This document shows, in pieces, positions 18,778 through 27,302 of a stretch of 32,000 nt of DNA. Numbering within the stretch: the stretch's first letter is position 1; every line of letters begins with the position of its first letter. Origin of the DNA: Isorropodon fossajaponicum endosymbiont JTNG4 (GTDB taxonomy: Bacteria > Pseudomonadota > Gammaproteobacteria > PS1 > Pseudothioglobaceae). The notes under the pieces are model-generated. The model did not search any database. It saw only the letters and a list, made by a program, of their open reading frames with translations, and was not told the origin of the DNA. A program made the position numbers and the translations under genes. The stretch spans positions 510,001 to 542,000 of the forward strand of contig NZ_AP013043.1 in NCBI RefSeq assembly GCF_016592615.1, in the 5' to 3' direction.

Positions 18778-19440
18778 TTAGATGCTTGTGATGTCTTTGT
18801 GTGGAATAAACAATCCACAGCCTAGTAAGCGATAATTACCAAGACCTTTTTCTTGTAATAATACTGATTCATCTTTTTTTAAATCAGCTACCATTAGCGA
18901 GCGAGTATGGATAATACGAGTGTCGGTTTTAATGTTATTTTCAAGACCAGCCATCATTTTTTTAACAGAAATGCCAAGTGTTTTTAATTGTTCAAAAGTT
19001 ACTTGTAAGAAATTCTCCTCACTCATTGCCACATTACAGGCAACATTTTTTGCAAATAGTACAGGCATATCACTGAGTAATTTTGGTTTTAAAGATTTGA
19101 TAATCTTTATTTGATATTTGCCTAAATCTAGTGTTTTATCAAGTAATTGATGAGTTTCATCAAGCCTATCTTTTGGTACTCTAATGATTAGTTTTGAGCG
19201 TTTGGAAGGGTAATAAAATCCATTTTCATGGTTTTGTGCCCAGCCGTTACCATCTGCCACGCTAATATTAAAGATACCAGCACTCGCCTTGTCAAGCCAT
19301 GGCAAGTGTTTAAGTAGTGCCTGTGCTAGTAAAAAGCTATGATCAATAGGTAGGATCTTAACAAAGATATTAAACACGGCATCTTGTGTGGTTTCAGGCA
19401 GCGTAAAATATTCTTTTTTAGCGTCTTCTTGCCAAAACAT
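18778..19440 (-). CDS. Orphan Cas6/Cmx6-like RAMP-family protein (tentative)
   Basis: C-terminal LQEKGLGNYRLLGCGLFIPHK carries the GxGxxxxxGxG glycine-rich loop typical of Cas6. The N-terminal LPIDHSFLLAQALLKHLPWL segment resembles the type I-MYXAN Cas6 (Cmx6) family as I recall it. Confidence 0.55.
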   Translation of the reverse strand: MFWQEDAKKEYFTLPETTQDAVFNIFVKILPIDHSFLLAQALLKHLPWLDKASAGIFNISVADGNGWAQNHENGFYYPSKRSKLIIRVPKDRLDETHQLLDKTLDLGKYQIKIIKSLKPKLLSDMPVLFAKNVACNVAMSEENFLQVTFEQLKTLGISVKKMMAGLENNIKTDTRIIHTRSLMVADLKKDESVLLQEKGLGNYRLLGCGLFIPHKDITSI

Positions 19441-19510
19441 AAAAAGGCTTAAGTTATAATAACAACGTATTATAAACAGATTACTTGTTTATAAAACCTG
19501 ATACAAAGTA

Positions 19511-20173
19511 ATGGAAAGATTACAAAAGAAAATTAATTACCAATTTAAAGATTTGTCTTTGTTAAAACTTGCCTTAACACATCGTTCCATGGGTAAAAAC
19601 AATAATGAACGTTTAGAATTTTTAGGTGATAGTATTTTGGGTGTGGTAATCTCAAAAGAGCTTTATCAGCGTTTTTCTCATATTGACGAAGGCAAATTGT
19701 CCCGATTAAGGTCATACTTAGTTAGGGGACAAACCTTGGCGCAGTTGGGCGCTGCATTAGAACTATCAAACAGTTTGATTCTAGGCTCTGGCGAGTTGAA
19801 AAGTGGTGGTTACAGGCGAGAATCTATCCAGGCAGATGCTGTTGAGGCAATATTTGGTGCAGTGTTATTGGATTCTAATTTTGAAACCACAAGTACGGTT
19901 ATTTTGGGTCTTTTTGAGATGTTATTAAACAATATCAGCCCAGACGATGATTCACTAAAAGACCCAAAGACACAATTACAAGAATACTTACAAAAGCGTG
20001 GTAACGTTTTACCAAAATATGAACTCATTGATACAACAGGCAAGGATCATAATGCAATATTTACAATAAATTGTCTTTTAAAAGACCAAAGCTTGCAAGT
20101 TAGCCAATCTGCCAAAAGCATTAAAAAAGCAGAACAATCTTGTGCACAAGCCTTATTAAAAAAACTAAAATAA
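19511..20173 (+). CDS. rnc: Ribonuclease III
   Basis: RNase III signature NERLEFLGDSILG and a C-terminal dsRBD. Confidence 0.92.
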   Translation: MERLQKKINYQFKDLSLLKLALTHRSMGKNNNERLEFLGDSILGVVISKELYQRFSHIDEGKLSRLRSYLVRGQTLAQLGAALELSNSLILGSGELKSGGYRRESIQADAVEAIFGAVLLDSNFETTSTVILGLFEMLLNNISPDDDSLKDPKTQLQEYLQKRGNVLPKYELIDTTGKDHNAIFTINCLLKDQSLQVSQSAKSIKKAEQSCAQALLKKLK

Positions 20174-20175
20174 TC

Positions 20176-21102
20176 ATGAATCTCAAACAACTTAAAACGA
20201 GCAATAAAACCACCAAGCCAAATTTTAAGTCAGGCTTTATTGCAGTTGTTGGGCGACCTAATGTTGGTAAATCTACGCTTGTTAATGAATTAATTGGGCA
20301 GAAATTATCCATCACTTCGCATCGTCCACAAACCACGCGTCACCGTATTCATGCGATTGACACAACTGATGATTATCAAATGGTGTTTGTAGATACGCCA
20401 GGCATTCATATGGGCAACGCCAAAGCCATTAATTCTTATATGAACAGAGCGGCTAGTTCAACCATAGCAGATGTGGATGTTATTTTATGGCTAACAGAAG
20501 TGGGTAAATGGACCAAAGAGGATTCAAGGGTTTTGGAGCATATTACTCGAGTAGAGGTGCCTGTTATTTTATGTATTAACAAAATTGATAAACTAAAATC
20601 TGCGCAAGAGGTGTTGCCATTTTTAGACAAAGTTTCTCAAAAATATCAGCCAACAGATTTGTTTCCCTTGTCGGCATTTAAAAAGAATGATATCCGTACA
20701 TTGCGTAAATTAGTTTTGCAATATTTACCAGAGCAGGGGCTTATTTTTGATGCTGATTATATAACGGATAGAAGTGAAAAATTTATTGTTGCTGAATTTA
20801 TTCGAGAAAAACTTATGCGTCATTTAGAAGATGAGTTGCCTTATGATTTAACCGTTGAAATTGAACAATTTGAACAAGATGGCAACCTAAAGCGAATTTC
20901 TGCCCGTATTTTTGTTGACAAAGCCTCACAAAAAAATATCGTGATTGGTAACAAGGGAGCAATGCTCAAACTGATTGGCACTGAAGCGCGAAAAAGTATC
21001 GAAGGCTTTTTAGATAGAAAAGTATTCTTAAAGCTTTGGGTCAAAGTCAAACAAGGCTGGTCTGATGATAAACGCGCACTGGCCTCATTAGGATATGACT
21101 AA
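20176..21102 (+). CDS. era: GTPase Era
   Basis: G1 GRPNVGKST, G3 DTPG, NKID, and a C-terminal KH domain. The ATG at 20176 follows the rnc stop directly. Confidence 0.9.
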   Translation: MNLKQLKTSNKTTKPNFKSGFIAVVGRPNVGKSTLVNELIGQKLSITSHRPQTTRHRIHAIDTTDDYQMVFVDTPGIHMGNAKAINSYMNRAASSTIADVDVILWLTEVGKWTKEDSRVLEHITRVEVPVILCINKIDKLKSAQEVLPFLDKVSQKYQPTDLFPLSAFKKNDIRTLRKLVLQYLPEQGLIFDADYITDRSEKFIVAEFIREKLMRHLEDELPYDLTVEIEQFEQDGNLKRISARIFVDKASQKNIVIGNKGAMLKLIGTEARKSIEGFLDRKVFLKLWVKVKQGWSDDKRALASLGYD

Positions 21103-21787
21103 AGTTGAACTAACCCCTGCTTTTTTAATTCATCGTCGGGCTTTTAAAGATTCGTCACTACTACTTGATTTTTTTACTCGTGATTTTGGCAAAATTCGCT
21201 TGGTGGGTAGGGGTCTTAGAAGCTCAAAAACCCATATTCAGATGTTTCAACATTTAAGTATTTCATTTTCAGGCAGAGGCGAGTTAAAAGCACTAAGCCA
21301 TTGGGAGATTGATGATGTACCTAGAAATTTTAAGGGTGAAGAATTGATATTGGGCATGTATGTGAACGAGTTAATATCAAGATTATTACAAGAGCAAGAT
21401 CCGTATTCTGGGTTATTTGAACGCTACCAACAATTTGTGAGTCAGGTGGGGCATTTAAAGCAAAGTGCTAGGCATTGGCATTTGAGGATATTTGAAAATA
21501 ATCTATTGACTGAGTTGGGTTACGGTATCGATTTTGAAACTGATATTAATGGCAATGAAATTAACCTAAATAGTTATTATGAATATCAACCCCAAGCAGG
21601 ATTCATACCCAATTCTTTGGGTAAAATATCGGGAAAATCAATCAATCAATTATTATTAGAAGTAATTGAAAATAGTCCAAACTCACAACAATTAAAAGTT
21701 TGCCGTGATTTGAACAGACAGCGCTTACGCTCGCTTTTGGGTGATAAGCCCTTAAAAAGCCGGTCTTTATTTTTTACTAAACCATAA
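21095..21787 (+). CDS. recO: DNA repair protein RecO
   Basis: N-terminus PAFLIHRRAFKDSSLLLDFFTRDFGKIRLVGRG (OB fold). Overlaps the era stop; conserved era-recO-pdxJ order. Confidence 0.85.
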   Translation: MTKVELTPAFLIHRRAFKDSSLLLDFFTRDFGKIRLVGRGLRSSKTHIQMFQHLSISFSGRGELKALSHWEIDDVPRNFKGEELILGMYVNELISRLLQEQDPYSGLFERYQQFVSQVGHLKQSARHWHLRIFENNLLTELGYGIDFETDINGNEINLNSYYEYQPQAGFIPNSLGKISGKSINQLLLEVIENSPNSQQLKVCRDLNRQRLRSLLGDKPLKSRSLFFTKP

Positions 21788-21793
21788 CAAACA

Positions 21794-22519
21794 ATGAGTA
21801 TTTATTTAGGCATTAACATTGATCATATCGCCACCATTAGACAGGCCAGAGGTACAAACTACCCCTCGCCGATAGAGGCAGCTTTATTGTGTGAAAAATC
21901 AGGTGCAGACAGTATTACGCTACATTTACGTGAAGACAGACGCCACATTCAAGATGCTGATGTAGAAATTTTACGTAATCAACTCACTACAAAAATGAAC
22001 TTAGAAATGGTAGCAACAGATGAAATGATTGCCATTGCTGATAAAATAAAACCTCAGGATTGTTGCCTAGTGCCTGAAAAGCGTGAGGAGTTAACCACCG
22101 AAGGTGGGCTTGATGTAGCATCGCAAATACCTAGAATGAAAGACGTTTGCCTGCGCTTGAGCGAATCACATATTATTGTTTCTTTATTTGTTGATGCACA
22201 AAAGAATCAAATTGATGCGGTACGTGAGTGCGGCACACCTGTGATTGAGCTACATACTGGGCACTATGCCAATGCAACTGATGAGGCGCAATTAGTAGAA
22301 CTTGAAAAAATTAAAACCATGGCCACTTATGCACACTCAATTGGTTTGCAAGTCAATGCAGGTCATGGGTTGACCTTGGAAAATACAACTGCTATTGCTA
22401 AATTACCTGAAATTGTTGAGCTTAATATCGGGCATTCAATTATTGCTAGAGCCATGTTTGTTGGGCTTGAAACTGCCACTCGCGAGATGAAAACATTAAT
22501 GTTAGAGGCAAGATTATGA
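21794..22519 (+). CDS. pdxJ: Pyridoxine 5'-phosphate synthase
   Basis: [16 protein letters not shown]..., [12 protein letters not shown] motifs. Confidence 0.92.
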   Translation: MSIYLGINIDHIATIRQARGTNYPSPIEAALLCEKSGADSITLHLREDRRHIQDADVEILRNQLTTKMNLEMVATDEMIAIADKIKPQDCCLVPEKREELTTEGGLDVASQIPRMKDVCLRLSESHIIVSLFVDAQKNQIDAVRECGTPVIELHTGHYANATDEAQLVELEKIKTMATYAHSIGLQVNAGHGLTLENTTAIAKLPEIVELNIGHSIIARAMFVGLETATREMKTLMLEARL

Positions 22520-22899
22520 TTTATGGCGTAGGCACTGATATTATCAACATCAAACGTGTTGAGCACATATTAAGCAAAAACAAACAAGGCTTTGTAAAAC
22601 GCGTATTATCCGAACATGAACAAGCCTTATTTGCCAATAAAGGCGACAGTGCCTCTTATTGCGCCAAGCGTTTTGCCGCCAAAGAAGCTTTTGCAAAGGC
22701 TTTGGGTACAGGTATTGGTAAAATTGTTAGTTTTCAAGATTTAACCGTGCGTAATAATGAAAATGGCAAGCCGTATTTTATTCCTAGCGAAAAATTACGT
22801 TTATACCTTGTGAATAAAAACATCAAACAGGCGCATTTAAGCCTATCAGATGAAAAATTTAACGCCGTGGCGTTTGTCGTTTTAGAAACAGAAAACTAA
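22516..22899 (+). CDS. acpS: Holo-[acyl-carrier-protein] synthase
   Basis: [14 protein letters not shown]..., [14 protein letters not shown]; ATGA overlap with pdxJ. Confidence 0.9.
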   Translation: MIYGVGTDIINIKRVEHILSKNKQGFVKRVLSEHEQALFANKGDSASYCAKRFAAKEAFAKALGTGIGKIVSFQDLTVRNNENGKPYFIPSEKLRLYLVNKNIKQAHLSLSDEKFNAVAFVVLETEN

Positions 22900-23201
22900 T
22901 TGATATATTGCCCAAACCCTGCTTTATAGGCTTCATTTTTGGTGCCAGCACAGCCAAATTTTTTTGCGGTTTGATAACTAGATATAGCTAAAGGATGTTG
23001 TTCTAATACAGGTATAGGTGTTTTGTGCATTTTAAAGCGTTTAATGCCTTTATTCATTCGTTGAAAGCCTGCTGGATTTAACCCGCCACAGTTTTCATTG
23101 TAATATTTCACCGCACCAACAATTGCCAGCATTTCATTGGGTGAGAGGGCTAATGTACTAAAATTAGCAATAAGTAATAGAAAAGTGAGTATTTTTTTCA
23201 T
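22896..23201 (-). CDS. Small secreted hypothetical protein (101 aa, two Cys)
   Basis: Clear signal peptide MKKILTFLLLIANFSTLALS. Family not recognised. Confidence 0.55.
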   Translation of the reverse strand: MKKILTFLLLIANFSTLALSPNEMLAIVGAVKYYNENCGGLNPAGFQRMNKGIKRFKMHKTPIPVLEQHPLAISSYQTAKKFGCAGTKNEAYKAGFGQYIN

Positions 23202-23229
23202 TTTTTGGAATTGCTACAATCACTTATTA

Positions 23230-23400
23230 TTAAAATTCTAACTGCTCTAAACCCTGAGCTATTTTTTCCAATGTTGAGGCTCTAGGAGGTTTAGCATTAT
23301 TCTCAATTCTAGCATAAGCACTTTGCTGCATGCCTGCTTTAAGCGCTACTTGTTTTTGTGTCAATTTTAAAAAAAATCGCCAAGCCTTAATCGGCGACAC
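23230..23400 (-). CDS. Small XRE-family helix-turn-helix protein (56 aa, GTG start; below the ORF-track length cutoff)
   Basis: Minus-strand translation gives (M)SPIKAWRFFLKLTQKQVALKAGMQQSAYARIENNAKPPRASTLEKIAQGLEQLEF*, the classic HTH_3/XRE pattern (LTQ.Q.A...G..Q...S..E.G...P....L.KIA..L). Confidence 0.6.
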   Translation of the reverse strand: MSPIKAWRFFLKLTQKQVALKAGMQQSAYARIENNAKPPRASTLEKIAQGLEQLEF

Positions 23401-23421
23401 TTAAGGTCTTTTTTCGTCTTG

Positions 23422-23474
23422 TTCATAACATTATTATAACATAACATTATTTTATGTTATAATAATGTTATGAA
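23422..23474. promoter_or_regulatory. Inverted repeat with perfect 23-bp arms and a 7-bp spacer, 21 bp upstream of the XRE gene and downstream of the Sel1-like gene
   Basis: ttcataacattattataacataa-cattatt-ttatgttataataatgttatgaa. The arms are exact reverse complements. Confidence 0.7.
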
Positions 23475-23523
23475 AGATAACCTTGGTATTAGTATATTTA
23501 AAAGATAGAATGGTTTAAATTTG

Positions 23524-23794
23524 TCAAAATGTTTCTTTTTTTAGTTTGGCATAAAAGTCACAATCTGCTTGAGACTTAAAATCGTAAGCTTTTCCATAAT
23601 GTTCCAAGGCTTTAATGTTACTTTGCCTAACACCTTCGCCACGTTTATACATAAACCCAAGACCAAAACAACTATTAGCATTATTAAAATCATCACAAGC
23701 CTTTTTGTATGTATCAATTGCATCAAGCGACATTAGCAAGCATGCCAATATTTAATCCAAAACTTAGAATTGCTAATAATAGTATTTTTTTCAT
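23524..23794 (-). pseudogene. Sel1-repeat (TPR-like) secreted protein, frameshifted between the signal peptide and the repeat body
   Basis: An ATG at 23794 with AAGGA upstream encodes the signal peptide MKKILLLAILSFGLNIGMLANVA*, which stops. The Sel1-like body (...CFGLGFMYKRGEGVRQSNIKALEHYGKA) continues in another frame (23524-23748). Confidence 0.6.
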
Positions 23795-23829
23795 TTGTTT
23801 ATTCCTTTATTATTTGTGATTTTATGGGG

Positions 23830-24528
23830 TTATTTTTGGTAAAAACATAGGTAATTTACACTTACATCATTCTCAAATTTATAGGTTTTTGTAAAGGGGT
23901 TATAGGTCATACCAATCATGCCTTTTAGGGTTAAACCTGAGTGCCTTGCCCATTCATCCATTTCACTAGGTTGAATGAACCTGCCCCAATCGTGCGTGCC
24001 TTGGGGTAGGAGTTTGAGGATGTATTCTGCACCGATGATGGTGAATAAATAGGATTTAGTATTGCGGTTGATGGTTGAAAAGAAGGCTTGTCCACTAGGT
24101 TTGACTAATTTGCTACAAGCTTTGATAATTGAGCTAGGGTCGGGCACGTGTTCTAACATTTCTAAACAGGTTACAATGTCAAACTTTTCGGGGTGTTGCT
24201 CGGCAAATTCTTCCACAGGGATTTTTTGATAGTTCACTTCCAAGCCTGACTCAAGCAAGTGCAATTTGGCAACTTCTAAGCCCGCTTCTGCCATGTCAAT
24301 GCCTGTCACAATCGCGCCTTCTAAAGCAAGGGATTCTGCTAAGATGCCACCACCACAGCCAACATCAAGGATTTTTTTATCCTTGAGTGAGCCACTACAT
24401 TTCTCTTTGATATAATTTAGCCTGAGTGGGTTAATATCATGCAAGGGTTTAAATTCAGAATTTTTATCCCACCAACGCGATGCTAGGGCAGCGAATTTAT
24501 CAACCTCGTTAAAATCTACGTTGCTCAT
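23830..24528 (-). CDS. ubiG: Ubiquinone biosynthesis O-methyltransferase
   Basis: VDKFAALASRWWD...FKPLHDINPLRLNYI and SAM motif ILDVGCGGGILAE. Confidence 0.9.
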   Translation of the reverse strand: MSNVDFNEVDKFAALASRWWDKNSEFKPLHDINPLRLNYIKEKCSGSLKDKKILDVGCGGGILAESLALEGAIVTGIDMAEAGLEVAKLHLLESGLEVNYQKIPVEEFAEQHPEKFDIVTCLEMLEHVPDPSSIIKACSKLVKPSGQAFFSTINRNTKSYLFTIIGAEYILKLLPQGTHDWGRFIQPSEMDEWARHSGLTLKGMIGMTYNPFTKTYKFENDVSVNYLCFYQK

Positions 24529-24974
24529 AGTGCTTGGACAGTTGTTAAAACTTCTTTAGCATGACCTTTGACTTTAACCTTATCCCAATGTTTAAGGATA
24601 TTGCCATCAGCATCAATTAAGAAAGTAGAACGGACGATACCCATATATTCACGCCCCATAAATTTTTTCAACTGCCAAACGTTAAACAATTCGCACAATT
24701 TGCCATCAACATCAGCAATCAGTTCAAAAGGGAAATTTTGCTTGGCTTTAAATTTCTCATGCTTGGTTAAATCATCTTTTGAAACACCATAAATCACTGT
24801 ATTGGCATCTGTAAAGGCTTGATGTTTATCTTTAAAATCTTGCCCTTCGGTGGTACACCCTGGAGTGGCGTCTTTGGGGTAAAAATACAACACGATGTTA
24901 CGTCCTTGAGTATCGGGAATGCTTATTTCTAAATCGCTTGTAGCGGTGCAGGTAATTGGTTGAACTTTATTCAT
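24525..24974 (-). CDS. bcp: Thiol peroxidase Bcp (peroxiredoxin Q type)
   Basis: VLYFYPKDATPGCTTEG active-site motif, 149 aa. Confidence 0.88.
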   Translation of the reverse strand: MNKVQPITCTATSDLEISIPDTQGRNIVLYFYPKDATPGCTTEGQDFKDKHQAFTDANTVIYGVSKDDLTKHEKFKAKQNFPFELIADVDGKLCELFNVWQLKKFMGREYMGIVRSTFLIDADGNILKHWDKVKVKGHAKEVLTTVQAL

Positions 24975-25017
24975 GACTGTATAATAATATGCTTAAAAAA
25001 ATCTATTTTATCATATG

Positions 25018-25180
25018 AGAGACCTTTGCATAAATATGAACAATCATCAAAACACCATCTTTCATCAACTTGGGAATTTTTTAAAAATACCCTTAGCTCT
25101 GCTAGGTGTAGATTTAAAAAATTCCCAAGTTGATGAAAGATGGTGTTTTGTTAATCATCCCTATTTATGCAAAGGTCTCT
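25018..25180. repeat. 163-bp near-perfect inverted repeat / long hairpin (MITE-like), ending at the base before the lepA ATG
   Basis: Outer arms 25018-25036 / 25162-25180 (19 bp perfect). Inner arms 25048-25085 / 25113-25150 (38 bp perfect). There are 11-nt mismatched bubbles and a 27-nt apex with its own mini-stem. Confidence 0.9.
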
Positions 25181-26968
25181 ATGAAAAACATTCGTAATTT
25201 TTCAATTATTGCTCATATTGACCACGGTAAATCAACCATTGCTGATCGCTTTATTCAGTTTTGCGGTGGTTTGAGTGATCGGGAAATGTCAGCGCAAGTA
25301 CTGGATTCTATGGACATTGAAAAAGAGCGTGGTATTACCATTAAATCTCAAAGTGTTACGCTTGATTATCAGGCTAAAAATGGTGAAACTTATCAGCTGA
25401 ATTTTATTGACACACCGGGTCATGTGGATTTTTCTTATGAAGTATCTCGCTCGCTTTCTGCTTGCGAGGGCGCATTACTTATTGTTGATGCATCGCAAGG
25501 GGTTGAGGCGCAAACGGTTGCAAATTGCTATACGGCACTAGACCAAGGCTTGGAAGTAGTGCCTGTACTTAATAAAATTGACTTACCAGCAGCAGACCCT
25601 GAGCGTGTGGTGGATGAAATTGAAGATGTGATTGGCGTTGAGGCGCATGATGCGGTTCATGCCAGTGCTAAATCAGGCATTGGCATTGAGGATATTTTAG
25701 AACAAATTGTAGAAAAAATCCCTGCCCCCAAGGGTAATATTGACGCGCCTATTAAAGCTTTAATCATTGATTCTTGGTTTGATAATTACCTAGGTGTGGT
25801 GTCTTTAATTCGTGTGATTGATGGCGAAATTAGAGCTAAAACAAAAATTAAGATTTTCTCAAATGGTGAAGAATATTTGGTAGATGGGGTGGGTGTGTTC
25901 ACACCTAAGCGCAAAAAAACAGACAGTTTAAAAGCAGGAGAAGTTGGATTTTTAATTGCCAGTATTAAAAATATTGATGGTGCGCCAGTGGGAGATACCA
26001 TTACAGGTGCTAAAAATTCTGCATCAGAACCTTTAGAAGGTTTTAAACCAGTACAACCTCGTGTATTTGCAGGTATTTTCCCTATTTCTGGTGAAGATTA
26101 CGAGAAGTTTCGCGATGCCTTGGCAAAACTTCGCCTAAATGATGCGGCGTTACAATACGAGCCTGAAAATTCAGATGCACTAGGTTTTGGCTTTCGCATT
26201 GGGTTTTTAGGTTTATTGCACATGGAAATTGTTCAAGAGCGCTTGGAACGTGAATATGATCTTGATTTAATTACCACTGCACCGACTGTCATTTATGAAA
26301 TTCTTGATACTAGAGGTACTATTCACAGGGTAGATAACCCCTCAAAAATGCCAGCCAATCAAAGCATTGCTGAATTTAGAGAGCCAATTATTACCGCAAA
26401 TATCTTGGTGACTGATGAATACGTAGGTGCGGTCATTAGTTTGTGTGTTGAAAAACGTGGCGTGCAAAAAAACATCACTTATATGGGTAGGCAAGTGTCC
26501 CTTCTTTATGAATTGCCACTCAATGAGGTTGTGCTTGATTTTTTTGACCGATTAAAATCTGTATCACGTGGCTTTGCCTCCATGGATTATCATTTTGAGC
26601 GCTATCAAGAATCTGATTTAATTCGCCTAGATATCATAATAAACCAAGAGCCAGTAGATGCGCTAGCGCTTATTATTCACCGAGACGGTTCTGTGCGCAA
26701 AGGGCGCGAGTTGGCCGAAAAGATGAAGGAGCTTATTCCACGGCAAATGTTTGATGTTACCATTCAAGCTTGTATTGGTTCTAAAATTATTTCACGCTCA
26801 AATGTAAAAGCCCTCAGAAAAAATGTGACTGCTAAATGCTATGGTGGCGACGTTTCTCGTAAACGAAAACTACTTGATAAACAAAAGAAAGGCAAAAAAC
26901 GTATGCGCAGTGTGGGCAGGGTAGACATTCCTCAGGAAGCTTTTTTAGCAGTGTTACATATTGATTGA
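25181..26968 (+). CDS. lepA: Translation elongation factor 4 (LepA)
   Basis: [23 protein letters not shown]..., [12 protein letters not shown], and the LepA-specific C-terminus. The ATG at 25181 matches the canonical N-terminus. Confidence 0.93.
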   Translation: MKNIRNFSIIAHIDHGKSTIADRFIQFCGGLSDREMSAQVLDSMDIEKERGITIKSQSVTLDYQAKNGETYQLNFIDTPGHVDFSYEVSRSLSACEGALLIVDASQGVEAQTVANCYTALDQGLEVVPVLNKIDLPAADPERVVDEIEDVIGVEAHDAVHASAKSGIGIEDILEQIVEKIPAPKGNIDAPIKALIIDSWFDNYLGVVSLIRVIDGEIRAKTKIKIFSNGEEYLVDGVGVFTPKRKKTDSLKAGEVGFLIASIKNIDGAPVGDTITGAKNSASEPLEGFKPVQPRVFAGIFPISGEDYEKFRDALAKLRLNDAALQYEPENSDALGFGFRIGFLGLLHMEIVQERLEREYDLDLITTAPTVIYEILDTRGTIHRVDNPSKMPANQSIAEFREPIITANILVTDEYVGAVISLCVEKRGVQKNITYMGRQVSLLYELPLNEVVLDFFDRLKSVSRGFASMDYHFERYQESDLIRLDIIINQEPVDALALIIHRDGSVRKGRELAEKMKELIPRQMFDVTIQACIGSKIISRSNVKALRKNVTAKCYGGDVSRKRKLLDKQKKGKKRMRSVGRVDIPQEAFLAVLHID

Positions 26969-27059
26969 TAATATCACTTGCTGTTTTTTACAATAGTTTA
27001 CAAAAAGATATACAATAGTATTATACTTGCTATTATTTTGTAACTAACTAGGTGTTGTT

Positions 27060-27302
27060 ATGACGACTTTACTCAGTACAAGAATTGACAATGATACAAA
27101 AATCAAACTTGTGAACAAATCGGGCTTAACCCTTCTCAAGCCATTAAATTATTCGCAATGGCGGTTATTAATTCTGGCTCAATCCCATTTAAATTAACTG
27201 CCAAACAAACAGCCGAACCAAGAAACTATAAAAGCCATGCAAGAATTAGAAAATGGTAATGGCGTTAAAGCATTATTTTAAGAGCTTGATGCTGAGATGT
27301 AA
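27060..27302 (+). pseudogene. DinJ/RelB-family antitoxin pseudogene (frameshifts and internal stop)
   Basis: Pieces lie in three frames: MTTLLSTRIDNDTKIKLVNKSGLT / SQAIKLFAMAVINSGSIPFKLTAKQ / ETIKAMQELENGNGVKALF*ELDAEM*. The stop overlaps the toxin ATG (TAATG). Confidence 0.7.

Noticed and set aside
20140-20175. Upstream extension of the era ORF into rnc
   Set aside because: It overlaps the last 34 nt of rnc in another frame. The ATG at 20176 directly after the rnc stop gives a normal Era N-terminus.
25015-25197. 60-aa ORF (MRDLCINMNN...) upstream of and overlapping the lepA start
   Set aside because: It lies entirely within the 163-bp inverted repeat, so it is open by the symmetry of the repeat. 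It has no RBS and no recognisable protein features.
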